Shown in pieces: positions 41,135-52,413 of a stretch of 61,333 nt of DNA (positions within the stretch are counted from its first letter, which is position 1; each line of letters starts with the position of its first letter). Origin of the DNA: Negaprion brevirostris (lineage: Eukaryota). The notes beneath the pieces were generated by a model. That model saw nothing but the letters and a program-made list of their open reading frames with translations. It searched no databases and had not been told where the DNA came from. The translations under genes and the position numbers were made by a program. The stretch covers positions 70,744,930 to 70,806,262 of the forward strand of contig JARDVH010000106.1 in assembly GCA_030324005.1 (NCBI GenBank), given 5' to 3'.

Positions 41135-41270
41135 ATAAATAAAAGCAAATTACTACAGGTGCTGGAATCCATCAGCTTTGACAAAAGGTCGCCTGGCCTT
41201 GAGACGTCAGCTCTTTTCTCTCCTTGCAGATGCTGTCAGATCTGCTGAGATTTCCCAGCATTTTCAGAAA
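41135..41270 (+). mobile_element. Penelope-type pLTR fragment with degenerate hammerhead motif; similar fragment at 40375-40495
   Basis: TTTGACAAAAGGTCGCCTGGCCTTGAGACGTCAGCTC...CAGATGCTGTCAGATCTGCTGAGATTTCCCAGCATTTTC. Confidence 0.65.
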
Positions 41271-41659
41271 ATTTGTCATTCTCGATTTCTCTGAAAGGGT
41301 GAGACTGTTTGACTCTTGGAGCATCCTATGCGGGACAGGGTGCCCAGAAATCTGCTCACGGTTGAATAGTCTAATCTCTCACCCTACTGAACTTCTGCCA
41401 CTGCAGTTTCTGTCCTCTCATCAGGCCCTCTTCAAGCACACCTTGTGCATGAGGTCCATGCCCTGCTCCCTTAACCCTATCCTCACCAAATGCTGCTTAC
41501 ACAACCTCCCTTTCCTGGCCTTGTTTACTGATGGAAATCAAAATGGGATCCTCATCTTCAGATGTTCAAAATTATCATTGTCAGCCAGTCCTGGAAACAG
41601 TACAGCTTTGATCCTTCTGTTGTTGCAAACTTCTGCTCCACTTTCTATTTCCCATTACC

Positions 41660-44010
41660 CATGCTGTCTTTAAACATACTGTCAGATCAATTTAAATCCT
41701 CCACCCTCCCAGACTCCTGCACTACAATCTCTGAGTATGTCCTGTTTACCACCAATAAGACAGACCAACTATAGGTGGTGGCATAGTGATAAACAATGGG
41801 GAGGAAGATGACTTGGAAGTCCTCTACATTGACTCTGGACACCATGAAGTCTCATCAGGTTAAACATGGGCAAGGACACTTTCTGAATCAAACCTAATAT
41901 CCTCCCTCAACTGATGAATTGGTATTCCTTCATGTTGATCACCACTTAGGTAGCAAAGGCACAGAATGTATTCCTGTTGTAGGAAAGGCTTTGTGTGCAT
42001 CGCCGAGAGTGGCTCTGTAGCATCTCAAGAAATGGTACAGGTCAAAACCTGAAAGACATATTTGCCAAACTGCACCTGCATCAGGTGATGAAGGAAGCAA
42101 NNNNNNNNNNNNNNNNNNNNNNNNNNNNNNNNNNNNNNNNNNNNNNNNNNNNNNNNNNNNNNNNNNNNNNNNNNNNNNNNNNNNNNNNNNNNNNNNNNNN
42201 NNNNNNNNNNNNNNNNNNNNNNNNNNNNNNNNNNNNNNNNNNNNNNNNNNNNNNNNNNNNNNNNNNNNNNNNNNNNNNNNNNNNNNNNNNNNNNNNNNNN
42301 NNNNNNNNNNNNNNNNNNNNNNNNNNNNNNNNNNNNNNNNNNNNNNNNNNNNNNNNNNNNNNNNNNNNNNNNNNNNNNNNNNNNNNNNNNNNNNNNNNNN
42401 NNNNNNNNNNNNNNNNNNNNNNNNNNNNNNNNNNNNNNNNNNNNNNNNNNNNNNNNNNNNNNNNNNNNNNNNNNNNNNNNNNNNNNNNNNNNNNNNNNNN
42501 NNNNNNNNNNNNNNNNNNNNNNNNNNNNNNNNNNNNNNNNNNNNNNNNNNNNNNNNNNNNNNNNNNNNNNNNNNNNNNNNNNNNNNNNNNNNNNNNNNNN
42601 NNNNNNNNNNNNNNNGCAGGAGTGCTAACCACTGTGCCACTGTGCTGCACTATTCATTCCCTTAGGCTGGGGGAACAACCCTGGTTCAATGAGGAGTGCA
42701 AGAGGGCATGCCAAGAACAGCACCAGGCATACCTAAAAATGCAATCCAACTAGGTGAGGCTACAAAATAGAACAACGTGCATTTTGAACAGTGGAAGCAC
42801 CATGCAGTAGACGGAGTTAAGTGACCGCACGACCAACAGATCAGATTAAAGTTCTACATTCCAGTTACATCCAGTTGTGAATGGTGGTTAGTTAAACAAC
42901 TAACTGAAGAGGCTCCATAAATGTCGCCATGCTCAGTGATGGAGGAGCCCAGCATATCAGAGCAAAAGACAAGGCTGAAGCATTTGCGGCTACCTTCAGC
43001 CAGCAGTGCCAAATGGATGATCCATCTCAACCTCCTCCTAATCTCTCCAACGTCACAGTTGACAGTCTTTTCTGTTCACTCCATGTGACATCAAGAAATG
43101 GCTGAAGGTATTAGATAATGCATGACTCTCGACAATATCCTGGCAATGGTACCAAAGAGTTTTGCTCCAGAACTAGTCATGTCCCAGTCAAGCTGTTCCA
43201 GTTTGGCTACAATACTGGCATCTGCCTGGCAATGTGGAAAATTGTCCAGGTATGCCCTATCCACAAAAAGCAGGACAAAGCCAACCTGGTCAACTATTGC
43301 TAGTATCAATCATATTGATGAAAGGCGTTGTCAACAGTGCTGTCAGGTGGCGCTTAAACAGCACTAACTTGTTCACCAATGCTCAGTTTAGATTCAAGAG
43401 GGCTACTTGGCCCCTGATCCTATTATAGCTTCAGTCCAAGTGTAGGCTAAAGAGCTGAATTCAGTATGAAGTGAAGGTGATTTCCCTTGACACCACAGCA
43501 GCATTTGATTAAGGAGCCCAAGTTAAAAAGAAGTCAATGGGAATAAGGGGCAACATTTGGCATTGGGTGGAGTCATACCTTGCACAAAGGAAGACAATTA
43601 TAGTTGTTGGAGGCCAGTCGTTTTATTCATCAGGGCATTACCGCCGGATTTCTCAGGATACTGTCCTAGGCCCAACCAACTTCAGTTGCTTCACCAATGT
43701 CCTTCTCTCCATCGCAATGTCAGATGGATATCTGATGATGATTGCTCTATGTTCGATACCACTCGCAATTCCTTGGTTACTGAAGCAGTCCATGTCTGTA
43801 TGCAGCAAGATCTGGGCAGTGTTCAAGCTTAGACAGATAATTGGCAACATGCATGCCACGTAAGTGCTAGGTGACCATCTGCAGTAAGAGAAAATCTAAC
43901 CATCTTCCTTTGACATTCAATGGCATTACAATCATTGAATCCCCCCAGTGGGACTACCATTTAAATACTGGGGCTACAAGAGCAAGTCAGGGGCTGGGAA
44001 TTCTGTGGTT
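41660..44010 (+). mobile_element. Degenerate CR1-group LINE (same family as 28060-30000), with a minus-strand HE1 SINE probably filling gap 42101-42615
   Basis: GEQPWFNEECKRACQEQHQAYLKM, KLFQFGYNTGICLAMWKIVQVCPIHKKQDKANLVNY and WVESYLAQRKTIIVVGGQS RT motifs. GTGCTAACCACTGTGCCAC after the gap is an HE1 head on the minus strand. Confidence 0.85.
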
Positions 44011-44073
44011 TGTATTTGACTGGTGCAAATGCGATGGGCTAGGGGCCTTTTTCTGTGCTGTGGACCTCTATGA

Positions 44074-45793
44074 TTCAATTGCTCTAGGAAATACACAAAT
44101 CACCATAAGTAGCAACATAGGTTAATAAGACCATTAAAAGCAGCAAATCATGAATAGGGCTTTTTGTGGAGGGATGGAAGTGAAAAGTTGCTAAACTTGT
44201 ATCCACGTTGGTATTTTTTGTGCAGTTCTAGGCGTTATATTCTAAAAAGGATAAATAAAGAAGCACTTGAGGGTACAAAAAAAATAGTGAAAGCAGGGCT
44301 GTAAGGTTAAACCTGTCATAGTGAACAGGCATGGTCTCATTTCTCTGGAAGAGGAAGTTGAGGGGTGAACTAACAAGGGTCTTTACTTCTACATAAAGCC
44401 TGTACATCATCTACAAGACACAAGTCAGGAGTGTTATGGCATATTCTCTACTTGCCTGGATGAGTACAGTTCCTGTAANNNNNNNNNNNNNNNNNNNNNN
44501 NNNNNNNNNNNNNNNNNNNNNNNNNNNNNNNNNNNNNNNNNNNNNNNNNNNNNNNNNNNNNNNNNNNNNNNNNNNNNNCTCTCCAGAAGCTTGGCACCAA
44601 CCAGGACAAAGCAGCCTGCTTGATTGGCATCCCATCCACCACTTTCAGCATTCATTTCCTTCAGCACAATATATAGTGGGAGCAGTTTATACCATCTACA
44701 AGATGCACTGCAGCAATTCACCAAGGTTGCTTCAATAATACCTTCAAGCCTGTGAACTCTACCACCTAGAAGGATAAGAACAGCAGGTGGATGGGAACAT
44801 CACCACCTGGAGGTTCCTCTCCAAGCCACTCACCATTCTGAGATGAAAGTATACTGCTGTTCCTTCAGTGTCACTGGGTCAAAATCCTGGAATTCTCTTC
44901 CTAACAGTGCTGTGGGTATATATACACTACGGGTGCTCCAGTGGTTCAAGATGGCAGCTCACCACCACTGCCACCTTAAGGGAAATTAGGGATGGGCAAC
45001 AAATGCTGGCCTCATCACAGATGTTCACATCATGTGGAAGAATAAATAAAATAAAACACTCCCTATGGTCAAATTCCATATTCTCACCACTCTCTGAATG
45101 AAGGAAGCCTTTTCTGAAATCCCTATTTGGCTTCTTGGTGACTCTTTTAAATTAATGGCCTCATGCTTTGTCCCTCCCCATAAGTGGAAACCTTCTCTGT
45201 GTCTACTATCAAAGATTTTCATAACTTTTAGGATCCTTGTTAGTCCACCCTTCAACTGCAGTGTATCTTGTAGATGATACAAACTGCTCCCACTATATAT
45301 TGTGCTGAAGGGAATGAATGCTTAAAGTGGTGAATGGATGCCAATCAAGCAGGCTGCTTTGTCCTGGTTGGTGCCAAGCTTCTGGAGAANNNNNNNNNNN
45401 NNNNNNNNNNNNNNNNNNNNNNNNNNNNNNNNNNNNNNNNNNNNNNNGTGTCTTGTAGATGATGTACAGGCTTTATGTAGAAGTAAAGATCCTTGTCAGT
45501 TCACCCCTCAACTTCCTCTTCCAGAGAAATGAGACCATGCCTGTTCACTATGATAGGTTTAACCTTACAGCCCTGCTTTCATTATTTTTTTGTACCCTCA
45601 AGTGCTTCTTTATTTATCCTTTTTATAATATGATGCCTAGAACCTCATAAAAAAAACCAAGGTGGATACAAGTTTAACAATTTTCACTTCCATCCCTCTA
45701 GAAAAAGCCCTATTCATGATTTGCTGTTTTTAATGATCTTACTAACCTATGTTGCTATTTATGGTGATTTGTATATTTCCTACAGCAATTGAA
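44074..45793. repeat. Long inverted duplication (arms 44074-44713 and 45256-45793)
   Basis: Arms are reverse complements with scattered mismatches. The ORF track shows the same peptides on opposite strands (MMYRLYVEVK..., MPIKQAALSWLVPSFWR). Confidence 0.93.
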
Positions 45794-48489
45794 AAAGGTC
45801 CCTTGGCCCATCGCGTCTGCGCGAGTCAAGTACAAACCATCCAAATATTCTAACCCAATTTTCCAGCACTTGGTCCATGGCTTTGTGTGCCTTGGCATTG
45901 CAAATGCACATCTAAGTATTACTTAAATGCTGTGAGGGTTTCTACCTTTTAGACAGCGAGTTCCAGACTCCCTCCACCCTCTAGGTGAAAAAGTTTTTTG
46001 TCACATCCCCTCTAAACCATCAAGTTCCCCCCCGAGTCTTCCCTGCCCCAAGGAAAACAACCCCCGTCTATCCAATCTTTCTTCAAACTTTCCAGCCCAG
46101 GCAACATCCTGGTAAATCTTCTCTATTTGTAATCTCAGACTACTTTGCTCCTCTACCACATTTAGATTCTTCTTTTCTAATTAATATGTGATCTCTTGAT
46201 TTATCTTTCTATAAATGCAGTTGTTGATGTATGCAGTCCAGGCTCAAACATTAAAATGTCAAGATGATTGAAGGATAATGGTGTGCACTGATATCCAGAG
46301 AAGCAGAAGCACAGCATGTGTCTTTGGTTGATGAATGAGACCTAATACAGAAAAGAGAGGGAGATTATGTTAGTGTCTGTTTTAAGTTTATTAAGTTGCT
46401 TGATTTGCCTGTCTAAGGTATCTTGCACCTTGTCCATACACACTGGATCAGCGCTTACAGAGGAATATTTTAATATATTGTTAGACATTAGTGCCATCTT
46501 GCTGCTGCTTGTTCAAGTAGGATGTTGGGACCCTCAAGTGAAGGAATGATGACTATGACTGGGTTGATGGACGGTCATGAGATGCAAGATACTTCTGCAT
46601 CCAGCAAACCTCAAGCATCAGATTGGTAGATATGGTGAGAGAATGACAACAAGAGGTTTGAATAATAACAAAAGTTGCGGCTCTTTAGACTGCAGATTCC
46701 ACGTTAGAGGAAAGAGAGGCATGGACAGGGGTGTTTAGGGAACAACTGTTCCCCTTAGTTCCAGGGTCAGTTACAAAGGGACACAAGTTAAAAGTGAGGG
46801 GTGGGAGGTTTGGGGAGATTTGAGGGAAAGCGTTTTTACTCAGAGGGTGGAATGCGCTGCCTGGAATGTGGTGGAGGTGGGATGCGTCACATCCTTTAAA
46901 AAGTACCTGGATGAGTACTTGGCACACCATAACATTCAAGGCTATGGGCCAAATGCTAGCAAGTGGGATTAGGTGGGCAGGTCAGGGCATTTCATGCATT
47001 GGTGTGGACTCGATGGACCGAACAGCCTCTTCTGCACTGTAGTATTCTGTGATTCTGTGAAGAGGCAAGCAGTTCAGTGAGTTCCAGAACTGCTGCCAAA
47101 TGCATTAGAGGTGGTCCATCTGAAATATGCACACACTGTCTTCTTACTACTGCAGGCCTTCCACTATCAAGAAACCTTGGCTGAAAAGTTTTAAATATTT
47201 GAGTTTAATTTAGCTGATTCCCTCGGTTGAGAGTCAGCTTTTGGATCTCGCTCTCTCTGTCTGTCCCTCAGAAATTGATGCTCTTGTTCTCTCCAATCCT
47301 TTATTTGCTAAAATGGGGAGAACCAGCAGGGTTTTGAGTATGGAGATGTTACAACTGGGGCATGGTCCTCTTGTACCTAATAATCCAAGTTTCAATTGGG
47401 GTAACTAGGCAGCAATTCCTCATATACTTTCCTGTTACCTCACAATTCAGCTTTTTGCCAGTTGAACTCCTTTCTTCCAACTTCCATCAACTACAAACGT
47501 GTTGGAATACCACAGCCTGTGCTCTCACCTTCACTCAATGCCGATCCCCCTTGTTTTCAACTCCTGGCATGTTTTCCTGCTTCTGCAGTCTCCCCAAAGC
47601 TCTATGTCCTTGTGGAAACCCTCAGTTTTGCAATGCTTCGATTTCTGCTCCACATCACTGGCTAATTCTTTGGCCTCCTTGCTCTCTGGAACTTGCTTTC
47701 TCAGCATCTATCATTTACTGTTTCCCTTTCTATCTTCTGAAGACCTTCCTATGCGGCTCCTTTTCCCTCCTTCAGACTTCTCTGTTCCTTCTCCAAAGGA
47801 CTAGAAGCATGTTAAAGCAACATATTGTAAATCGGAAATTGTTTTGCCATGAAGGTAATCAACAGAGGAGTTCATTTACCCTTCCACCTGTTTTCCACCA
47901 TTCAGTTGGCTTAACTCCATTTACCTGCTATTGCCTCATATCCCTAATAACCTTGGTTAACAGAAAACTGCTGATCTCAGAATTAACAAGTAACCCAGCA
48001 AAAGCTGTCATCTGTGGAAAATAGCTTCAGATATCTTCTACCATTTGTGTGTTGAAGTGTTTCCTAGTATCACTCATCCTAGATCTAATTTTTAGATTCT
48101 TTTAAAAGAAGTAGATGAGAATCATAATGATACCCTAACTATAACCTTCTAAAGCTCTCCTGACTTGATAACTGTTTCCATAGATTGGAAAATTATTCAT
48201 ATCACTCTGTTATTTGCGAAAGAGAGAGAAAGCCATGGAATTACAGACCAGTTAACTGAGCATTTATTGTCAGGGAATTGCCACCTGTCCAATTAAGGAT
48301 GGAATGACAGAGAATCTTCAGCTGGTCAGAGAGAGCCAGCAGGGATTCCTAAAGGATAGGTCACGCCTGATAAACGTCATCACACTTTTTTGAGGAGGTA
48401 ATTGAAGTAGTGGGCAGGGAATGTCTAAAAATGTTATTTATATGGGCTTCCAAGGTATTCTCAAAAGTGACTCTGAGCTAAAAATGGGG

Positions 48490-49142
48490 AGGTGGCGGTG
48501 TAGTGGTAATGCTATTGAACTAATAATTCAAAGACCCACGCTGATGATCTGGAGACTTAGTTTCAAATCCCACAGTGGCAGCAGATGGAATTATAAAAGT
48601 TTCTTTTTATACATCCTTTTGTAGCACTTACTATCTGTTTTGTCACCCCTTGTTGTTCTTTCCTACTTCTTGCATTTTTGTATGCTTTTTCTTTCCATTT
48701 TATCTTGTCTCTTGCCTGTACAGTGACTACNNNNNNNNNNNNNNNNNNNNNNNNNNNNNNNNNNNNNNNNNNNNNNNNNNNNNNNNNNNNNNNNNNNNNN
48801 NNNNNNNNNNNNNNNNNNNNNNNNNNNNNNCAGTGACTACATGTCTGTCAAAGCTCTTGCTCCTTCGAGGTGTAAACTGGTGATGTATCACCAATTTTAA
48901 TTTGCATATGTCCTGCTGATTATCTGCAATGGCGATCATGAAACTATCATTGATTGTGAAAACCCATGTGGGTCACTAAGGTACATTAGTAAAGGAACTC
49001 TGCCACCCTTACTGGGTCGAGCCTACATGTGACTCCAGACCCACAGCAATATGGTTATCTCTTAACTGCCCTCTGAAATAACCCAGCAAGCCCCAATTTG
49101 AGGGCAATTAGTGATGCCCACAAATGAATAAAGAAAAAAAAA
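48490..49142 (+). mobile_element. tRNA-derived SINE nested in a CR1 fragment and interrupted at about 48597-48925 by a locally duplicated segment
   Basis: Head GGTGGCGGTGTAGTGGTAATG...GTTTCAAATCCCAC. The body resumes at GGCGATCATGAAACT...TACATGTGACTCCAGACCCACAGCAAT and ends in an A-rich tail. Confidence 0.75.
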
Positions 49143-49299
49143 TGAGTGCAACTTATTGACTTGGCTCGGAAATTGACTGAGTGACAGGAGGCAGTAGGGA
49201 TAATGGACAGGGGCTTTAATTGGCAGAATGTGGCTAGAGGTATGTCATAAGAACCTAATATCTGATTATTAACTTCTGTGGAAAGTCTGACACGCGTCA

Positions 49300-49730
49300 G
49301 TCATGCTTTAGTTGGTCGACCTTGAGTCACAAAGTTGCAAGTTTAAGTCTCACTCCAAGACTTGAGCCGAAAATTCACGATTCACATTCAGCTGCGTCAC
49401 TGAGCAAGTGCTGCACCCTAAGGTGCCATTCCTTCAGATGAGATGTAAATCGAGGCCCCATCTGCTCTGCCAGGTGGATGTAAAGGGTCCTGATGCACTA
49501 TTTCAAAGAAGAGCAGGGGTGTTAGTCATGATGTCCTAGCTAATATTCTTCCTTAATTAACTGCTCCAGAACAGACTGTCTGGGCGTTATGGCGTTGCTG
49601 TCTGAGGGTGCTGCCATGTTTCCTACATCATAACAATGACTATATTTCCAAAAGTACTTCATTGGCTTGAAAAGGCTTTGAGCCCTCTGGTGATCATGAA
49701 AGGTGCTATATAAATGTAAATTTCTTTTCA
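49300..49730 (+). mobile_element. Deu-domain SINE (SacSINE1-like), near full length
   Basis: GGTGCCATTCCTTCAGATGAGATGTAAATCGAGGCCCC...CACTATTTCAAAGAAGAGCAGGGG...AAAGGTGCTATATAAATGTAA matches the recalled DeuSINE organisation. Confidence 0.8.
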
Positions 49731-50284
49731 TGCTGATCTTGTCATCCAATGTAAAACTGACACAAAGTAATTAATCAGCATGTCACCATTTCCTTGACAA
49801 CATCACCGTTATCAGTTTTTTGGATGCCCATATTGCTCCCGATCACACTCTTTTTCGTAATGTAATTGTAATTTATTTTTGTTGATTCAGCATTCCTTTC
49901 AAATTTCTTTTTGTGCATTCTTCTGCAGCGCTTACTTTCTGTTTTGTCACCTCTTTCCTACTTTTTTCACTTTTGTGTGCTTTTTCTTTCAATTTTATGT
50001 TGTCTGTTGCCTGTACAGCGACTACATGGCTGTCAAAGCTCTTGCTCCTTTGAGGTACAAACTGGTGATGTATCACCGATTCTTTTGTGAACACCTCCTG
50101 CTGATTATCTGGCATTTTATCCATTAACAGATTTGCTCAGTTGACTGTCTCTGTCACATCCCAATGACGTTAAGCAGCCTTACCTAAATCTAGAATCTTA
50201 GCTGCTGCTTCACATTTCTTCCTTTGATCAATGTTAAATGTGATCACATTATGATCACCATTAAATAAATGTTCACACAACATT

Positions 50285-50575
50285 GGGACGGCACGGTAGA
50301 ACAGTGATTAGCGCCTGTGTTCAATTCCAGCCTCGGGTCACTGTCAATGTGGAGTTTGCACACTCCTCCCACGTCTGTGTGGGTTTCCTCCACGTGCTCC
50401 AGTTTCCTCCCACAGTCCAAAGATATGCGGGTTAGGTTGATTGGCCATTCCAAATTGACCCTTAGTGTCAGGGAGATCAGGGTCAATATGTAGGGTTCTG
50501 AGAATAGGGCTTGAGCGGGATTGTGGTCAGTCAGACTCGATGGGTCGAATGGCCTCCTTCTGTACGGATTCTATG
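50285..50575 (+). mobile_element. HE1 SINE with internal deletion in the tRNA head
   Basis: V-domain and tail ...GACTCGATGGGTCGAATGGCCTCCTTCTGTAC. Confidence 0.88.
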
Positions 50576-50971
50576 AAATAAGTCACTATGCCTTCACTAT
50601 ATACTTGTCTCATCACCACATTTATGCAATCACCCACTTCACTGCTTATACATAACTCCTGCTGCAGTCTTAAATATTTGTATATCTTAATTCTACCCGC
50701 AAGTTGCCATTGCATGTTAAGTTCTTGTTAATCTTCTCTTATTAGCAAAGTCATTTCATTCATAATCACTAAGGCTGCTCCTCCCCTCTACCATTTTTCC
50801 TGTCTTTCCTTTGGAGTTGTAACTTGGCACAGTCAGTGTCCAGGCCTGATAAGTCTGCAGCCGTAAAGGTAAAATCACCACTGTCTGAGAGGGGTAGAGC
50901 TCCCTGGTGGTGATTTAACCTGAAGATCACCACACCTCAGGTGAGAAGCAAAGTTGAGAAGGCAGGCCTTC

Positions 50972-51270
50972 ATAGAAACAAAGAAATTAAAAACAGGAAT
51001 AGGCCATTTGGCCCTTCAAGCCTACTCCACCATTCATTTTGATGATGGCTGATCATCGAATTGCATATCCTGATTTCCTCCCCCACTTGCCCCCATATCC
51101 CTTAATCCGTTTAGCCCCAAGAGCTATATGTAATTTTGTCTTGAAATCAGATGGCATTTTGGCCATAACTATTTTCTGTGGTAGTGAATTCCTCACATTC
51201 ACTACCCTCTGGGTGAAGAAATTTCTCTTCACCTCAGTTCTAAGAAGTTTACCCCTTATCCTCAAACTAT
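50972..51270 (-). mobile_element. CR1 LINE 3' end
   Basis: LRIRGKLLRTEVKRNFFTQRVVNVRNSLPQKIV motif plus tail. Confidence 0.85.
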
Positions 51271-52263
51271 GATAACCTCAGCCTACTTGAGCAATGGCTA
51301 CCATGTCATTATCCTCCGAGTTGAACTTGAACCTGCCATTTACTTAATGTATTCCTTATACATGTGTGCGTTTCTGTCAAGAAAGCTTATTTGGGTCACA
51401 TATCCTAACCACCTCTTCTGCTGTAATGTTTTACTGACATACGTCTTATTTCTCTCAACTTATTTCACTACTTCACATCTTTTAGTTCTCTCTGTACCTG
51501 TTATGTAGCAGGATTTGACCACAGAACACTACAATAGAGTAGGATTGAAAAACTGGCTTAAGAGTAGCAAAATTAGATGGAGAGACATCAGTTCTGAATC
51601 ATGTTTGGACAATGGACACTATTGAAGAGGTTGAATAAACTATAGCCGGTCAAGCGAGCTGGATTTAATTTTTGTAGAATTCATTTTGTGTCTTTCTCAT
51701 GATTTTGCAGAATTGATTAATTCAGAAGCTTGTAACCTTGGCAAATTGAAAAATGGACCAACATGTGGGTGGCTTTCTTCATGCAGATCAAGTCTCCTTC
51801 CTTGGAGCTTATTACCAGTTGGTCAAGACTGATGTGTTTGAACACATTTGTCAAGTAAAAAAACTATAGAAATGTTCCTAAAAGTAACAGTCAGTAATCA
51901 TGCAGGCAGCAAGGTCCAAGTTCCTACTACAATGACAGTAAAGACATTGCATTTGGCTTCACTGAACCTAACCTGGGGAAGGTGCCTCTCACTCCTTATC
52001 ACTTATCCTGACAGGGTTGGTGCAGAGCATATCTTCGGATATTAGATAATGACAAGAATTGAATCAGCTGCCAGGCATGGACTGACCACAAGTGAAAAGT
52101 AACCAGTTAAGCAAGATACCAGAGAGTGACCAACAACCATAGACAATAATTCTTAGCTTAGTCAAATTCTTAGAGATAAAAATAATGGAGGAAAATGAGG
52201 TTTAAGAAAACAAAATAAATCTGTTCAAAGTGTGATGGCTTAGGCTCTGCTCAGAGTAGTCTA

Positions 52264-52413
52264 GCAAAAAGTCTCTCAACACCAGGTTAAAGTCCAACAG
52301 GTTTATTTGGTAGCACAAGCCACAAGCTTTCAAAGCGCTCCTCCTTGTGTTACCAAATAAACCTGTTGGACTTCTTACTGTGCTTGCCCCAGTCCAACAC
52401 CGACATTTCCACA
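52264..52413. mobile_element. 150-bp Penelope-pLTR-derived hairpin insertion with 13-bp target-site duplication
   Basis: TCAGAGTAGTCTA at 52251-52263 and 52414-52426. 30-bp inverted arms at 52290-52319 and 52344-52373. Confidence 0.88.

Noticed and set aside
41939-42753. Long ORFs of 189-252 aa here, and 261 aa at 52665-53450
   Set aside because: They consist almost entirely of X from N gaps.
46380-46550. Possible GTF2F2 exon 7 candidate (EEYFNILLDISA)
   Set aside because: No real similarity to the expected KKKEDGKRAR or FEKHQYYN motifs, and no fitting 144-nt exon boundaries.
47362-48024. 220-aa ORF on the + strand
   Set aside because: No recognisable domain, L/F/S/C-rich composition typical of pyrimidine-rich non-coding DNA, and it overlaps LINE remnants.
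49873-50124. Protein-like lysine-rich ORF on the minus strand
   Set aside because: Resembles a decayed CR1 ORF2 linker, and its duplicate nearby is not frame-conserved.
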